A DNA stretch of 61,503 bases, counting the filler, from a candidate division TA06 bacterium SM23_40 (lineage in GTDB: Bacteria; LJUI01; SM1-40): the NCBI GenBank assembly GCA_001303705.1. It is 5 parts of 5 records of this genome, joined end to end, with 100 filler letters (N's around TTAATTAATTAA, not from the genome) between each part and the next. Parts side by side here need not be neighbours in the genome. Positions count along the whole stretch, not along the records: positions 47,155 to 61,503 come from LJUI01000087.1; 4 more parts are not named here. One strand, 5' to 3'. The notes beneath the pieces were generated by a model. That model was not told the DNA's origin, did not search any database, and worked only from the letters and a program-made list of their open reading frames with translations. Of the stretch, positions 58,364 to 61,503 are shown piece after piece. The translations under genes and the position numbers were made by a program. Positions within the stretch are counted from its first letter, which is position 1. Each line of letters starts with the position of its first letter.

Positions 58364-59302
58364 ATGCCGTATCTTACCTCCTACGGTGGTATTTGGGGCG
58401 CGATTCCGCAGAGCCAGGGTAGGGTTTTCTGGGTATCGGCAGGAGATTCGTGCGTGGTCAATGGGGAGACTTACCACGCGAGCGACAACAACGACGGCTT
58501 GTCTCCGGAACGACCTTGCAGGCGCGTGAATCATGTGATCGACAACCTCGTCACCGCCAACGCTGGCGATGTGGTTGTCTTGCTCGCCGGAACCCACACA
58601 CTGCAGAATGCCGCTGGAACATCGACTTCTCTCGCGATGGACACTGCTGGTGTGACGCTCATGGGGCTTCCGTGCGGGCAGGGGAACTTCCTACAGCAGC
58701 GTACCACGATCGCAGCAGTAACTGGCGATCAGAACGTGAATGTCACTGCGGCGAATATCGAGATCGCCTATCTGAACTTCATTCCAGTGACGGCCGACAC
58801 AGCTATTGACATCAGCGCTGACGGCGACAATGTCCATATCCATCACTGCTCTTTCGATCTCAGCACGCCAGCTGCGGACACTGGGACAAAAGGAATTGAG
58901 TTCATCGGAGCCGCCAGCTATCCGCTGATTCATCATATCTACGCCTATTGTGATGGGGCACAGGGCCCGGCAATCGAGCTCGGTACGATCAACTACGGAG
59001 TCGTGCGCGACTGCATCATGGTCTGTACTGCAGGTAGCTGGGCCGCGGCGATGGTGACTGGTGCCGGTGGGACGACCAACCTGGTTGAGAACTGCATCTT
59101 TCTGTGCGACGGGACGGCGATCACGGACGCAATCACGGGTGGGGCCAGCGCTGCCGGTGCGTGGACCTTCCGTTTCTGCCATTTCCCGGTGCTATGTGAC
59201 GAACTCGACGGCTTCACGGCTACGCACGCAGAGCTTAACCAGTGCTACATCGCCACGGTTGGTGGAGGATCGGGCGGAACGCAGGTGACTCCGACGACCT
59301 AG
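58364..59302 (+). CDS. Pectin-lyase-like beta-helix virion protein
   Basis: SDNNDGLSPERP..A..GDVVVLLAGTH cap; repeated IHHCSF / VRDCIM / VENCIF rungs. Confidence 0.7.
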   Translation: MPYLTSYGGIWGAIPQSQGRVFWVSAGDSCVVNGETYHASDNNDGLSPERPCRRVNHVIDNLVTANAGDVVVLLAGTHTLQNAAGTSTSLAMDTAGVTLMGLPCGQGNFLQQRTTIAAVTGDQNVNVTAANIEIAYLNFIPVTADTAIDISADGDNVHIHHCSFDLSTPAADTGTKGIEFIGAASYPLIHHIYAYCDGAQGPAIELGTINYGVVRDCIMVCTAGSWAAAMVTGAGGTTNLVENCIFLCDGTAITDAITGGASAAGAWTFRFCHFPVLCDELDGFTATHAELNQCYIATVGGGSGGTQVTPTT

Positions 59303-59309
59303 GATCGTT

Positions 59310-60155
59310 ATGAAGACCCGGCCGAACCATATCATCGTTGGGCTAGGCTCGGGGCGATGCGGAACGAAGAGCCTGGCGGCCATCCTTGGTCTCCCCCACG
59401 AGGCTGTTGCACTTCCGTGGGAGCATGACGAGCGGCTCTTCAGGGCGGCGATGAGCAAGCTGTCCCGCACTGGCGGTGATGTCGGCTGCTACTGGCTGAC
59501 CTACGCCGAAAGGGTGCTAGAGACCTTTCCTGATACTAGGTTCATCTGTCTGAAGCGTCCCAGAAAGGAGACTGTGGCAAGCTGGGTGCGTCGCTTCGCT
59601 GGTGCAGAGACATTTGATCTCTTCGTCATGCACCTGGACGATGAGGCCCGGATTCATGCCCCGAGGATGTTTCCGGACTACGGAGATAGGCCGATTGCGG
59701 AGGCCGCCGGGCTTTACTGGGACGAGTACTATGAGAAGGCCGAGAAGCTTCAGGAGAGATATCAACAATGCTTCCGGATCTTCTCCATGTCTCCTGTCCT
59801 GAATGAGCCCATGGCGCAAGCCGAGATGCTCCGGTTCGTCGGATCTAAGCAGGCAACTTGGACGAACTTTCACAAGAACAAGGGAACGGTGAAGGATCCT
59901 CTTCTAGGCAACATTCTGAGGGACGTTCTCGGATATCTCATCCGAAACGAGAAGGTCTATGCAGGAACACGGGCCACCGTGACCCCGAAGGCTGGCTCTC
60001 AGCTCGGGAGAGCTGCAGTCAAGCGCGGTATATCGCAACAGGAGACGGATCCGATTCTCTTGGATTTCGGGAAGCTCTCTGAGCATCGTGCAAGGCCGTT
60101 CGACTTTGACATGATTGCGCAGAATCCTAGGCAAGGAGTCATTCAACATGCGTAG
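59310..60155 (+). CDS. Sulfotransferase-like P-loop protein
   Basis: IVGLGSGRCGTKSLAAIL (5'-PSB-like), HE, FPDTRFICLKR..VASW (3'-PB-like). Confidence 0.7.
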   Translation: MKTRPNHIIVGLGSGRCGTKSLAAILGLPHEAVALPWEHDERLFRAAMSKLSRTGGDVGCYWLTYAERVLETFPDTRFICLKRPRKETVASWVRRFAGAETFDLFVMHLDDEARIHAPRMFPDYGDRPIAEAAGLYWDEYYEKAEKLQERYQQCFRIFSMSPVLNEPMAQAEMLRFVGSKQATWTNFHKNKGTVKDPLLGNILRDVLGYLIRNEKVYAGTRATVTPKAGSQLGRAAVKRGISQQETDPILLDFGKLSEHRARPFDFDMIAQNPRQGVIQHA

Positions 60156-60810
60156 CTACCTTGGATACCAGCAGAGACAGGATCTCGAGGGAGACAAGGA
60201 GTACTTCGAGAACCAGCTCAAGAATCCGCTTGTACAGGACAAGCCCACCGTGCGGCGAAATCTGCAAAGGATCGAGCGCGATCTCGAGACTCAATCTCCA
60301 CCGATTCTCAGCGGTCCTGATCTCGATAAAGTTGTGACTCGAGAGAAGGAGCTGCGTGAAGAGATTGTCCCGAACATGCTGTCGCAGGAAGAGATGCGAA
60401 AAGCCCCTGCAGGCTCGATTGGCCGAGAGATGGCCTTCCAGAAGAAGTACAAGCGAAAGATCATAGAATGGAAGAACTGCCGAAGGACGATCTACCGGGA
60501 ATCGGATGATCCTGACGTTGCAAACCTCGAATGCTTCAGACCGGAGATATCACGTGGAAACGTTGAGAACTGCTTGATCCCGGGCCAGAAGTTCGATTTC
60601 CCGAGCCGCAGGTTTCAGGAAAACTACCCGACGATCGATTGGTCCAATCATGACCGCCCAGAGGACCAAGAGGCGGAGACCGAAGCATCAAAGCTTCGCC
60701 GGATGAAGCTTGCCGAGTTGAGGGCGCAGATGGCAGAACTCGAAGCAGAGGAGGAAGCCGAGGCGACGGATTCCATATCTCGCTTGGGGCTTGAAGAGGA
60801 GGAGGCGTAA
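60148..60810 (+). CDS. Phage hypothetical protein
   Basis: AAGGAG RBS; charged helical sequence. Confidence 0.75.
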   Translation: MRSYLGYQQRQDLEGDKEYFENQLKNPLVQDKPTVRRNLQRIERDLETQSPPILSGPDLDKVVTREKELREEIVPNMLSQEEMRKAPAGSIGREMAFQKKYKRKIIEWKNCRRTIYRESDDPDVANLECFRPEISRGNVENCLIPGQKFDFPSRRFQENYPTIDWSNHDRPEDQEAETEASKLRRMKLAELRAQMAELEAEEEAEATDSISRLGLEEEEA

Positions 60811-60812
60811 CA

Positions 60813-61503
60813 TTGGCGTTTCCCTACATCTTTGAAAGCAACTTTGAGCCCGGATCCAATGCCGAGTGGGACTCGGAGACGGATACCGACAACGCACTGG
60901 ACTTCCCGAGTTACAAAACGCTGGCGCGTCAAGGGCTTGAACCATTCAGCGGTGCTCATTGTATGAGATTGAGAGCCGGCCTTGGGACAAATGATGCAAC
61001 GGTTACAGAGGGAGATATCGACATTGCGGATACCGTAACGCGCTATTTCAGATTCAATATCCTCTTTGCTGATGATTTTCGTTGCACTGCTACAGATGCT
61101 TCAGTCTCTTTGCTTGAGCTTCAAGGAGCCGCTAACGCGATTACCGCGTCTTTTGGTTTCAAAATTACGGTAAGCACAGATATCATAAATCTTGGTATAG
61201 GCTCAGCGAATGCGGCGGCTGTTCCTGCGACGTTTTCTACTCAGGCTGTAGAGAGGGGTGTCTGGTACACGGTTGAGTTGGCTGTTGACATCCAGACTGG
61301 CGGAACTGGAACGCTGGATATGTACGTGACTAGATGGGGAAGCACAGCTGCAACAGGAGCCGAAGCCGCGCTGGCTACCAAGACGAATATCGCTGTAACG
61401 CATGGCGTGCTGGGTCTTCAGGACCATCTAGCGACTACTATCGGTACAATCTTGATTGACAACTTCGTCATGGACGATGCAAGAATCTACCCGCAATCGG
61501 CTC
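60813..61503 (+). CDS. Phage beta-sandwich (LamG/lectin-like) structural protein, runs off the window
   Basis: TTG after GGAGG; open to the end: AFPYIFESNFE..GVWYTVELAVD..ILIDNFVMDD; absent from the ORF track because it has no stop. Confidence 0.7.
   Translation, partial: MAFPYIFESNFEPGSNAEWDSETDTDNALDFPSYKTLARQGLEPFSGAHCMRLRAGLGTNDATVTEGDIDIADTVTRYFRFNILFADDFRCTATDASVSLLELQGAANAITASFGFKITVSTDIINLGIGSANAAAVPATFSTQAVERGVWYTVELAVDIQTGGTGTLDMYVTRWGSTAATGAEAALATKTNIAVTHGVLGLQDHLATTIGTILIDNFVMDDARIYPQSA

Larger units (their letters stand above)
47155..61503 (+). mobile_element. Tailed phage or prophage contig: packaging and head module
   Basis: Co-oriented, tightly packed TerS-like, TerL, portal, scaffold and capsid genes; no recognisable host genes. 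Confidence 0.93.

Noticed and set aside
47155-61503. Claim that the phage is integrated in the genome carrying contigs 1-4
   Set aside because: It is a separate contig with no visible host junction; co-binning does not establish the host.

Overview
The window joins five assembly contigs with 100-nt artificial linkers (44 N + TTAATTAATTAA + 44 N), so genes in different contigs are not true neighbours. It looks like a GC-rich metagenome bin of a diderm bacterium. Contigs 1-4 (1-47054) are cellular. They carry envelope and secreted proteins, trxB, a KDPG-aldolase homologue, a SpoIVB/S55 protease plus beta-propeller pair, three paralogous small Arg-rich proteins, an OmpA-family protein, mazG, alr and a deoB-cdd-deoC-pdp nucleoside cluster. 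They also carry a sigma-54-controlled glutamate dehydrogenase with its two-component system, a sugar ABC transporter with treT, an orphan Zn-ribbon DNA methyltransferase beside a GTDC1/DUF3524-type glycosyltransferase, Hsp20 and an ECF sigma/anti-sigma pair. Contig 5 (47155-61503) is the packaging and head module of a tailed phage (TerS-like, TerL, portal, scaffold, Mu-gpT-like capsid). The strongest leads are: a 28-bp XerC/D dif-like site upstream of the terminase genes; a phage-encoded, signal-peptide-bearing knottin-like peptide; a Com-like zinc ribbon followed by three 10-nt-spaced GAG(A/C)GC boxes and a terminator before the head genes; a capsid frame with no start codon that overlaps the upstream gene; and an unrecognised tandem family with repeated [DE]RR motifs. 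All protein calls come from motif recognition by eye; no database search was run.
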